Virus record (IMG/VR): IMGVR_UViG_3300024268_000045
Source: an uncultured virus (IMG/VR IMGVR_UViG_3300024268_000045)
Taxonomy: Duplodnaviria; Heunggongvirae; Uroviricota; Caudoviricetes
Strand: one strand, 5' to 3'
Length of the DNA stretch: 64,000 nt
Shown: one piece after another, positions 37,109 through 44,984 of the stretch
Numbering within the stretch: position 1 is the first letter of the stretch
How the letters are laid out: each line of letters opens with the position of its first letter
Notes under the pieces: model-generated
Seen by the model: the letters and a program-made list of their open reading frames with translations, nothing else
Told to the model about the DNA's origin: nothing
Databases searched by the model: none
Made by a program: the position numbers and the translations under genes

Positions 37109-38608
37109 TTACGCAAAATGCTTTCCGCAGCAAGGGCAAACCTTGAATGAGTTTGGTGAAAGTTGTCCACAACCACCGTCGGATGAAGGACAATCAAGCA
37201 ATGCAGGAGCATTCTCTGTCCATTCAACGTGGTCGAGTGAACCGTCAGCCTTAAGTACTACGTCTTTGATGTAAGATTTTTCTTCATCAGTAAGTTCAGC
37301 GTATCCCTTAAGAACTGCAATCTTTTCAGCGCTCAAACCTGTTTCTGCTGCAGCAACTCTTCTTACAGGAGCAGCTTCCTGTGCAGGAGCACTTTCCTGA
37401 ACTGTTTCCATCTTATCGAAAGAAGGAACATCAGCAGGATTGTCTACTGGGATGTCAGTAGCTTCAACTTCAACCTTTGCAGATTCTGCAACAGTTGACT
37501 CTGCAGCCTTTTCATCTTTCTTAGGATGTTCAGCCTTCCACTTTGCTGACTCTTCAGCAACAAGACTCTCCAACTGCTTTGCATAGTCTGTATCGAAAGC
37601 AAGGTCAATCTTCTGAATTGATTTGAACAAATGCTTCTTAATTGTGAAGTAAGAAGTTGGCTGGAAGTTCTTGTCAAGGTCATAACGCTGATATGACAAC
37701 TCTTCATCAGTCAAATCATTTTCAAAAGAAATGTATTTATACTCTGATGCATCAATACCCATTGACTTATCGAAGCCGGCTTTAACTGCTTCAGGTGTTG
37801 CAGAAACTGTACCATTGAAGAGGTTGTTTACTGTATCAGTACCGTCACCTGTTCTTGTGATAACAACATCGAAGTGTTCCCAACCTACCTTAAAGTTCTT
37901 ACGAAGCTGTGTAAGTGGACCGAAGAATCCGTATGCAGGTACACCCTTTTCAGCATACTCTGTTGGCTTTCCGTCTTTTGTCACACCTTCCTTTACGCTC
38001 TTTGAAAGAAGCTTTGTGTGTTTGTTTGTTTTACACCAATCGTCGCGGCGGTCAATACAGTTGATAAGCAACATCTCAGGAGCTTTCCAACCACGAGCAC
38101 ACTTATAAGGCCATTCACCATCTGCAGAAGTATAACCACCCTTCTTAATCATTTCATAGATTTCAGGCTGATCTTCTGCGTGGATTTCAACGCCCTTCTT
38201 CTTTCCTGTCTTAGGGTCCTTAATCCATTCTTTCTCAAGAACCTTATCAACGATACGCCAAATCAAATGGTCTGTCTCTGGGTCATCGCCACGAAGTGGG
38301 AGATAAAGATAGAAAGGTTTACCATCATCACCTTTGATTTTTGAGATGTGCATAAACTTCATATCTGTTGGATTTTTGCGGTGGGCGAGAGGATCTTCCT
38401 CAACGAAGTTTCCTACGAAACGAACGATTGTAGGATGCTCTTTTGACAAGCCGACATACTTGATGTCGTCGTAATCGTTGCTGTAATTTTCAGCAGCTTC
38501 TTTTGCAGCTTTCTTATCAGCGGCTTTCTTTTCTTCGCTGCTAAGCCATTCATTGAATGCGTCATCGTCTTCTGATGATGCTCTTGAGTACATTACTTCA
38601 TCACTCAT
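37109..38608 (-). CDS. Putative single-stranded DNA-binding protein (gp32-like) with a C-terminal zinc ribbon
   Basis: IVRFV..H, INCIDR and FDVVITRTG patterns; highly expressed codon style; own terminator; replication context. Confidence 0.5.
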   Translation of the reverse strand: MSDEVMYSRASSEDDDAFNEWLSSEEKKAADKKAAKEAAENYSNDYDDIKYVGLSKEHPTIVRFVGNFVEEDPLAHRKNPTDMKFMHISKIKGDDGKPFYLYLPLRGDDPETDHLIWRIVDKVLEKEWIKDPKTGKKKGVEIHAEDQPEIYEMIKKGGYTSADGEWPYKCARGWKAPEMLLINCIDRRDDWCKTNKHTKLLSKSVKEGVTKDGKPTEYAEKGVPAYGFFGPLTQLRKNFKVGWEHFDVVITRTGDGTDTVNNLFNGTVSATPEAVKAGFDKSMGIDASEYKYISFENDLTDEELSYQRYDLDKNFQPTSYFTIKKHLFKSIQKIDLAFDTDYAKQLESLVAEESAKWKAEHPKKDEKAAESTVAESAKVEVEATDIPVDNPADVPSFDKMETVQESAPAQEAAPVRRVAAAETGLSAEKIAVLKGYAELTDEEKSYIKDVVLKADGSLDHVEWTENAPALLDCPSSDGGCGQLSPNSFKVCPCCGKHFA

Positions 38609-38714
38609 TTGTTTCTCCTATAGCTCTTTGAGCTCTTAATTTATTTTAAACCTCATTGAGGTTATTTACTTAAATAATATTAACACTTTGTGCTGTTGCA
38701 TAATTAGTGGCATA

Positions 38715-39389
38715 TTAAATTTTGTAAACCTCAATACCGAAATCCTGCAAGTTCTTTGCACCGTCTGGCATTCGGTCATAAGCTTCGGCGTAAAAAACTT
38801 TCTTTATATCTGATTGTGCAATCATCTTTGCGCACCCTGGGCAAGGACAAGTTGAACAATAAAGTTCCAAATTTTCATAACTGTCGATTGATGTGTTGCG
38901 GCCAAGTTCAAGTACAGCATTCATCTCGGCGTGAACTTCATAAGCTTCAGAGAACTGATGATGTCTTGTACTGTAATCTTTTGTAAGACGATCTTTTACT
39001 GTAAATACTTCATCACAATTCTTGAAACCTTTAGGCGTACCGTTTACACCTGTTGAAATTATACGATTATTCTTTACAATAAGACAACATACCTTGAGGC
39101 GAGTACAATGTGACATAGCTTTCAAAGACTGTGTTGTATCAATAAAAGCTTTCTTAATTCGCCAATCGAAAGAAGCCTGCTGAATACCTGACTCATTAAG
39201 ATGAACACAAGTAATTGCTGCTTCTGGGTAATCTTTTGCAATATTGATTAAGAAGGGGTTTTGAAAGTCGACTGGAAAGTCTGACTTTACCTGATAAGTG
39301 AAGGCAACTGGGTTTTCTTTTATTGACTGATCTTTCAATAATTCCTCAGTACCATCTGCATAAGTGACATAGAGATTTTTCTCCACCAT
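38715..39389 (-). CDS. dCMP deaminase with an N-terminal extension
   Basis: STGVNGTP, HAEMNA, PCPGCAK. Confidence 0.9.
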   Translation of the reverse strand: MVEKNLYVTYADGTEELLKDQSIKENPVAFTYQVKSDFPVDFQNPFLINIAKDYPEAAITCVHLNESGIQQASFDWRIKKAFIDTTQSLKAMSHCTRLKVCCLIVKNNRIISTGVNGTPKGFKNCDEVFTVKDRLTKDYSTRHHQFSEAYEVHAEMNAVLELGRNTSIDSYENLELYCSTCPCPGCAKMIAQSDIKKVFYAEAYDRMPDGAKNLQDFGIEVYKI

Positions 39390-39399
39390 TAAATGTCTC

Positions 39400-39612
39400 C
39401 TATTTTATATCTTTAAGTTTTGTTGTTTTTATATTAACAAGTCCTGCAAGTCCAGCAAGTGACTTTCTTGTCCATATTTTACCTTTTTTATCCTGTGCGG
39501 CATAAAAAGTTGAACCCATAACTGTAAACTTGAACAAAGTTGGATAATCTTCATTTCCGTCAATCTGTTTGAAATTTGTCCACGCTTTTGAAATTTCTTC
39601 TGGCTTAAGCAT
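39400..39612 (-). CDS. Hypothetical protein
   Basis: Coupled ORF. Confidence 0.55.
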   Translation of the reverse strand: MLKPEEISKAWTNFKQIDGNEDYPTLFKFTVMGSTFYAAQDKKGKIWTRKSLAGLAGLVNIKTTKLKDIK

Positions 39613-40159
39613 TTACAAGTGCCTCTTGAATACCCTGTGAACCGATGATACGACCTACAATGTTATCATAACCTTCTTTTGTCCCGTCATAAGTATCATA
39701 TTCATATTTGTTTGCATCAAGAAATTCTTTTACTTCAGTATCAATACCTTTTGCTTCGTCCTCTGTTTGAAAACGGCCATTTGCATTGTAAGGCTTTATT
39801 CTCTTTAAGAAAATGTTACAATTTGCATCACCATACTTGTTGAACTCTTCTTTGATTGCTTCTTTCAATTTTGGAGATGTTTCTGGCGCATACAAGGCAC
39901 CAAGCAAAATTGGTGAGTCGGTAATAATTACATCAACTTTACCAAAGCAACGACTGATTTTGAAAGCCTGTTTGCCTGTTACATAAAACTGATTTTTGAA
40001 TACTTCAGAATTGTCTTCCCAAACTTTGTCTTTTGCAAACTCTGAAACATATTCACAGTCAATTCCTGCAAGCTTCAACTGTGAAAATATATAAGCTGCT
40101 CCTGTTGACTTTCCCATCCCTGGGCCACCAAAAAGATTTATAATGATTGTGTTTTTCAT
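39605..40159 (-). CDS. P-loop nucleotide kinase (AAA_28/NadR-like)
   Basis: INLFGGPGMGKST, ITDSP, GRFQTEDEA. Confidence 0.75.
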   Translation of the reverse strand: MKNTIIINLFGGPGMGKSTGAAYIFSQLKLAGIDCEYVSEFAKDKVWEDNSEVFKNQFYVTGKQAFKISRCFGKVDVIITDSPILLGALYAPETSPKLKEAIKEEFNKYGDANCNIFLKRIKPYNANGRFQTEDEAKGIDTEVKEFLDANKYEYDTYDGTKEGYDNIVGRIIGSQGIQEALVNA

Positions 40160-40249
40160 ATAATTAAATTAACACAATTTTATCTCAAAACGAATTTTTG
40201 AACTATAATGGAGGGAATAAAAAAAGAGAAAAAATAAGAGTAAATTTAT

Positions 40250-41762
40250 AGAAATTGAGCCAGAAAATTGCCACATCTTTAGTGTGGCAAATGAATGGCT
40301 CTAATATAATCTTTCTAAAGAAAAGATACTAATTATGTAGTAACGAAAAAAGGAAGTACTAGCAATACTTCCCTTCTTCTAAACAAACACAATTAATAAG
40401 GAATTGCGAATGTCTGATAAATTAGTCGTATTTCACGAAGTACAACATAAAGTTCTCAAAATAAGAATCTATCCAAATCAAGACCAGACTATTCTCATCA
40501 ATAAGACATTCGGTAGTTGTCGTAAACTCTATAATGAACATTTGCAAGAAAGAAACGAATTTTACATAGACAACATTCTACCAATTCCTAAAGAAGAAAG
40601 AAAAGCTAAATCAAAAGAAATCTACAAAAACTTCAAGCCTAAAACAGAAAAAGAATGGAAAATCATATATCCTTATATGAAAGAAGTTTCTTCTTGTGCA
40701 TTGCAGCAAGCAAGAATGGATTGTGACCAAGCTTTTGTAAACTTTTTCAAATCAAATAATGGCTCAAGAAAAGGAAAATCTGGATTTCCAAAGTTCAAAT
40801 CAAAACATAATAACAAACAATCTTACCGTGAAGTAATGGTCTCAGACAATAACTTCTACTTTGAAGAACGAAAAGTGAAATTGCCAAAAGTTGGATTAGT
40901 TTCATTCAAAGACAGAAAATTTCCTACTTGGTGGAACAGAAAGACAAAACTATGCTCAATGACTATCGAAAAAAACTGCTCAAATCAATACTTTGTAGCA
41001 GTCTTGTTTGAAGTACAAAAAGCAGTTCACAAAATAGATAACAGAAAAGACTCGATTGGTATGGACTTTAGTCCTGCGGAAATGTACATAAATTCAGATG
41101 GGAAATCTGGAAAAGATTTTGGATATGTAGCACAAAAACAAGCACATCATAAACAATTACGAAAACTTTCAAGACGATTAGCTAAAAAGCAAAAAGGCTC
41201 AAATAATCGAAACAAGGCGAGAATCAAGCTTGCAAGATTAGAAGAGCATATTGTCAATAGCAGAAAAGATTGGATTGAAAAAGAGTCATTACGATTAGTT
41301 CGTTCTTATGAAAAAGTTGTTGTTGAAGATTTGAACTTGAAAGGAATAAGCAAATTCCTAAGAAACGCCAAGAATATGAATGACACTTCTTGGGGAATGT
41401 TTGTTTCAAGACTCCAAGCAAAAGGTGAAGACAATAACTGCAAAGTCATAAAAGCTGACAGGTATTTTCCTTCTAGCAAATTGTGTTCAAAATGTGGTTG
41501 GAAATATGAAAATCTTACTTTGGACATAAGAAAATGGACTTGTTGTAATTGTGGAACACATCACATTCGTGATGTAAATGCCGCAATCAATTTGAAAAAC
41601 TATGTACCGATGGAAGGTCGGGAACTTACGCCTGTGGAGAGTGATAAGGTCAAAAGCTTAGCGTTGCTTGCTTTGCAAGTTGGCTCACTCAATGAAGCAG
41701 GAAGCACTACAGGCGACTCGGTGCAAGAATGTGCTAAGGCTTTAGCTTAGCACAGGCTTCAA
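40250..41762 (+). mobile_element. tnpB-only IS200/IS605-family element (IS1341-like)
   Basis: TTTAT precedes the left end; hairpins GCCACA-TCTTTAG-TGTGGC and TGTGCTAAG-GCTTTAG-CTTAGCACA; ends in TTCAA. Confidence 0.82.
40410..41750 (+). CDS. tnpB: TnpB RNA-guided endonuclease
   Basis: KIRIYPN; RuvC IGMD / VVVED / RDVNAA; zinc finger. Confidence 0.93.
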   Translation: MSDKLVVFHEVQHKVLKIRIYPNQDQTILINKTFGSCRKLYNEHLQERNEFYIDNILPIPKEERKAKSKEIYKNFKPKTEKEWKIIYPYMKEVSSCALQQARMDCDQAFVNFFKSNNGSRKGKSGFPKFKSKHNNKQSYREVMVSDNNFYFEERKVKLPKVGLVSFKDRKFPTWWNRKTKLCSMTIEKNCSNQYFVAVLFEVQKAVHKIDNRKDSIGMDFSPAEMYINSDGKSGKDFGYVAQKQAHHKQLRKLSRRLAKKQKGSNNRNKARIKLARLEEHIVNSRKDWIEKESLRLVRSYEKVVVEDLNLKGISKFLRNAKNMNDTSWGMFVSRLQAKGEDNNCKVIKADRYFPSSKLCSKCGWKYENLTLDIRKWTCCNCGTHHIRDVNAAINLKNYVPMEGRELTPVESDKVKSLALLALQVGSLNEAGSTTGDSVQECAKALA

Positions 41763-41775
41763 TTACTAAATTTAT

Positions 41776-42237
41776 ATGAAAATATTTTTGAAAAACTTTA
41801 TTATTTTTTGTGTAGGATTTACTCTTTATCAATGTATTGAAGGCATTTGGAAAACAATTGGCCCAGGGATGGGAGGAGTTGAATGCTTTTTGATGGGAGT
41901 ACTTGGTGGCCTTTCATTATTATTGGTCGGTGGTCTTAATAAGAAGTTGACTTGGGAAATGCCTTTTTGGTTGCAATCAATTATTGGTGGTCTTATAATT
42001 GTTTCACTTGAGTTTGTGACTGGGTTGATTGTAAATAAATGGGCTTGTCCTGCACTCGGAAGACCTATCGTTTGGGACTATTCAAATATCCCAGGGAATA
42101 TCTTAGGTCAAATATGTCCTCAATTTTTTGCAGCTTGGGTTGTTCTTGCAGCTGTTTGCATCTTAGTTGACGACTACCTAAGATATAGAGTCTACGATGA
42201 AGAAAAGCCTCATTATGTTTGGTGGTGGAAAAAATAA
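41776..42237 (+). CDS. Membrane protein (ABC_trans_CmpB-like putative permease family)
   Basis: Four hydrophobic helices; LEFVTG..WDYSNIPGNILGQIC. Confidence 0.75.
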   Translation: MKIFLKNFIIFCVGFTLYQCIEGIWKTIGPGMGGVECFLMGVLGGLSLLLVGGLNKKLTWEMPFWLQSIIGGLIIVSLEFVTGLIVNKWACPALGRPIVWDYSNIPGNILGQICPQFFAAWVVLAAVCILVDDYLRYRVYDEEKPHYVWWWKK

Positions 42238-43128
42238 TTATTTTGGTAAAATCAATCTTGAATCCCAACCAAATCGAAATCCTTTTTCTGATGAGCTTGC
42301 GTGTTTCTTGATATATTCCATTAGGAACTGATGGCATCTTGTGTTGCCTTCAGCTTCCTTTCGCCACTGTTCTGCTTTTTCAAACATATCTTTTTCAAGT
42401 TCAACTCCGATGTAATTGCGGTCACAAAGATATGCTGCAATCCCTGAAGAACCTGAACCCATAAAAGGGTCAAGAACTTTTTGTCCTTTAAGAGACGAAA
42501 CCATAATCAATTCAGTAAACAATAAGACAGGCTTTTGGCAGCTGTGTATTTGTTTTTCACCGACATTATTGTATGCAGGCGGCGTAAAGAATGAAACATT
42601 ACCAAGTCCTGTCCATCTTACTCTCATTCCTGTCGATTGGTCGAGCGCCCAACCTCTTGGCTTACCGTCCTTTACATAAGGAACGATAACTTCCCGCAAA
42701 TATTCAACTGCATTCCAAGTATATTTTGTTGGGTCTTTTGTCAAATGCATAATCTCTTCGCGTTGTGACTTAAGTTTATGTGTTGCCCCTCTTCCTTTAG
42801 GTCGACAATAAACCATCGCATTTTCCCAATGATTGAATAAGCCGCTGCGGTTAACACATTTTATAACTGTTTCAATTTTTGTTATGCCATAAAACATCCA
42901 CATTGAACCCGTAGGCTTTAACACTCTTTTGCATTCCGCCAGGAATTTGTCAAGGAAACCCTCGTATTCTTCATCAGACATTTTATCCCAGTCAGAGTTT
43001 TGCATATGATTTGAACCATCAAAAGAAATCCCATAAGGGCTATCGGTACATACTAAGTCAATGCTTTCATCAGGGATTGTTTTCATATACTTAAAGCAAT
43101 CATCATTTATATATTTTATTTCTTGCAT
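42238..43128 (-). CDS. DNA N4-C/N6-A methyltransferase (beta class)
   Basis: TDSPY (motif IV variant), RVLKPTGS, HSCQKP, LDPFMGSGS; SD GGGAG before MQEIKY. Confidence 0.9.
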   Translation of the reverse strand: MQEIKYINDDCFKYMKTIPDESIDLVCTDSPYGISFDGSNHMQNSDWDKMSDEEYEGFLDKFLAECKRVLKPTGSMWMFYGITKIETVIKCVNRSGLFNHWENAMVYCRPKGRGATHKLKSQREEIMHLTKDPTKYTWNAVEYLREVIVPYVKDGKPRGWALDQSTGMRVRWTGLGNVSFFTPPAYNNVGEKQIHSCQKPVLLFTELIMVSSLKGQKVLDPFMGSGSSGIAAYLCDRNYIGVELEKDMFEKAEQWRKEAEGNTRCHQFLMEYIKKHASSSEKGFRFGWDSRLILPK

Positions 43129-43760
43129 CTTCTGTTCTCCCACATTTTTAAAGCTCTTTGATGTCTCTTTTCTGCAGCGATGCCCTCTCTTTTTTCAAGT
43201 AACTTTTTATAGTAATTATTATCCTTATCAGGATCATAAAAAGACCAAAATTGTTTATTACACATTCTTTCTTCGTGTCTGCAAGATTCACTAATGTGAT
43301 TATGTTGTATCCCTATTTTATCTTCAGCATCTCTTAAAGAAGGATATATTTTCATTGTATTAAGACATATTACTTTTTTACCTTGAAGTTCTTTATTTAA
43401 TCTTTTGAAATCATTTTTTCTTTTTGCATAATCTCTTGAACTTAGCACAAATGGGTCTTGGTACCTTTTTGTATTTGACATACGATTAAATGCAGCCAAC
43501 ATTTTATAATAAACTCTTCTATCATTACCCTTCGTTTCATATATACGACATAATAACAAATGACAAAAGAAATGCTCTCGTGCAGTTAATAAAACAAGAT
43601 TTGGATGTGATTGATTGTTTTTACAAAGATTTCGTTTACCTGTACCACCTAAACAAGTTGGCACTATATGATGAGCTTCATAATAAATATCATCTGTTTT
43701 GCTTCGATTTTCTGACTTTGCTTTTGCAATTATCTTATTATATATGTTTTCATAATTCAT
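43116..43760 (-). CDS. HNH homing endonuclease
   Basis: YEAHHIVP..GG..NLVLLTAREHFFCHLLL; NUMOD1-like C-terminus. Confidence 0.9.
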   Translation of the reverse strand: MNYENIYNKIIAKAKSENRSKTDDIYYEAHHIVPTCLGGTGKRNLCKNNQSHPNLVLLTAREHFFCHLLLCRIYETKGNDRRVYYKMLAAFNRMSNTKRYQDPFVLSSRDYAKRKNDFKRLNKELQGKKVICLNTMKIYPSLRDAEDKIGIQHNHISESCRHEERMCNKQFWSFYDPDKDNNYYKKLLEKREGIAAEKRHQRALKMWENRRCKK

Positions 43761-43866
43761 ATATAATTAGTATAGTACCACTTAAAAGAGGATCTGTGCA
43801 AATTAAATCAATTGAGGCATCCTCAAGGGATGCCATTATTTTAAAACAATCGTCGTTTATATACAT
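43750..43866 (-). pseudogene. Orphaned original 5' end of the methyltransferase gene
   Basis: MYINDDCFKIMASLEDASIDLICTDP aligns with YINDDCFKYMKTIPDESIDLVCTDSP of 42238-43128. Confidence 0.85.
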
Positions 43867-43885
43867 CCTAATAATTTAGTTTAAA

Positions 43886-44965
43886 CTACTTTTGGGCAGC
43901 TGCATTCCTAGAGTCATCAAGTGACTTTTTGAAATCAGCCCAGTCCTGAAGAAGCTGACCGATTACTTTATTACCCTTAAACTTTTCAAGAGCTTTCAAA
44001 GAATTCTCGAATTTTGTCTGAGCGTCACTTGTATTATTTACGACATTATTGATTTCTTTTTGAGCATTTGCATCAATTGGCTGTCCCTGTCCTTGTGCAG
44101 CCGGCTGCTGTGTATTCTGATTTGCAGTTTGTGCTGTATTTTGTTCAGCAGAATTTGCAGTATTGTCTGCATTATTTGTAGTTGTACCGCCATTTTCTGC
44201 AGACTGTTCAGTGTTCTGTTGAGGTTGCGTTGTTTGCTGTTCAGGCTGAGCATTCTGTTGAATTGCTTGCTTTTTTGCGTTCAATGCAGCATTTAAGTTC
44301 TGAATAACTTTTAATGACTTCTTGTCATTCTTACCTAAAACCTGCTGAACACTTTGGTCATTGATTGCATTTGATACTGCCTCAATGTCTTTATCTGTAA
44401 ACTGTTTCTGACCTGTTAAGAAAGGACGAACAAGCTGCTGAACACCTGCCAAAGCTTTCTTCGCTTTGTTGTAAAATGTCTTATTATTATTGTTTGTAGC
44501 TTCATTTAATGCATTAAGGTGTTTTATGATTAAAGAATCAGCAAGTTTTTCTTCATCAGGTACTTCTCTTGCACCGCCTTTTTCTGCAGGAAGTGATGAT
44601 GGTTGTTCCTGACCTTGCTGAGGCTTTTGCTCACTTTGCTGTGGCTGCTGTTTTTGTAAAGCTTGCAACCCTTTATCACAAATGCCAATTGCCTTTGTAA
44701 CGGCATCATTAATTGTCTTTGCAAGTGTGATGTCATCCATTGCATTTGTTTGTACATTTGTTTGTGCAGTCTGAGCATTTGTTTGAGCAGTTTGCTGTGC
44801 ATCTTTTGCGGCAGCTGCATTTCTTTTTGCGTTGCCTGCTGCAGTACCGAAAGCATTTGCAATTGTTCTACCAACTGTTTTCAAAGCCTGTCCAACACCA
44901 CCTGCTTCTTCTATTTTATTTGAGACTTCAAGAGCCTCCAAAAATTGTTCTGTATTCTGTTCCAT
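43886..44965 (-). CDS. Gln/Asn/Ala-rich putative virion (internal head) protein
   Basis: ACTAATT-N5-ATG start; low complexity; FLEA and LNEA motifs. Confidence 0.55.
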   Translation of the reverse strand: MEQNTEQFLEALEVSNKIEEAGGVGQALKTVGRTIANAFGTAAGNAKRNAAAAKDAQQTAQTNAQTAQTNVQTNAMDDITLAKTINDAVTKAIGICDKGLQALQKQQPQQSEQKPQQGQEQPSSLPAEKGGAREVPDEEKLADSLIIKHLNALNEATNNNNKTFYNKAKKALAGVQQLVRPFLTGQKQFTDKDIEAVSNAINDQSVQQVLGKNDKKSLKVIQNLNAALNAKKQAIQQNAQPEQQTTQPQQNTEQSAENGGTTTNNADNTANSAEQNTAQTANQNTQQPAAQGQGQPIDANAQKEINNVVNNTSDAQTKFENSLKALEKFKGNKVIGQLLQDWADFKKSLDDSRNAAAQK

Positions 44966-44984
44966 AATATAATTAGTCTCCTTC

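Noticed and set aside
2258..41750. Catalytically dead TnpB (TldR-like regulator) or Cas12f
   Set aside because: Both TnpBs keep all three RuvC acidic residues, sit within intact IS ends, and have no CRISPR array.
43116..43790. Group I intron or intein around the HNH gene
   Set aside because: The flanks are only about 30 nt with no room for a ribozyme core, there are no splicing motifs, and the duplicated N-terminus makes splicing unnecessary.
44060..44820. Short tandem DNA repeats (AQT/QQ-coding)
   Set aside because: Fully explained by the low-complexity protein sequence.
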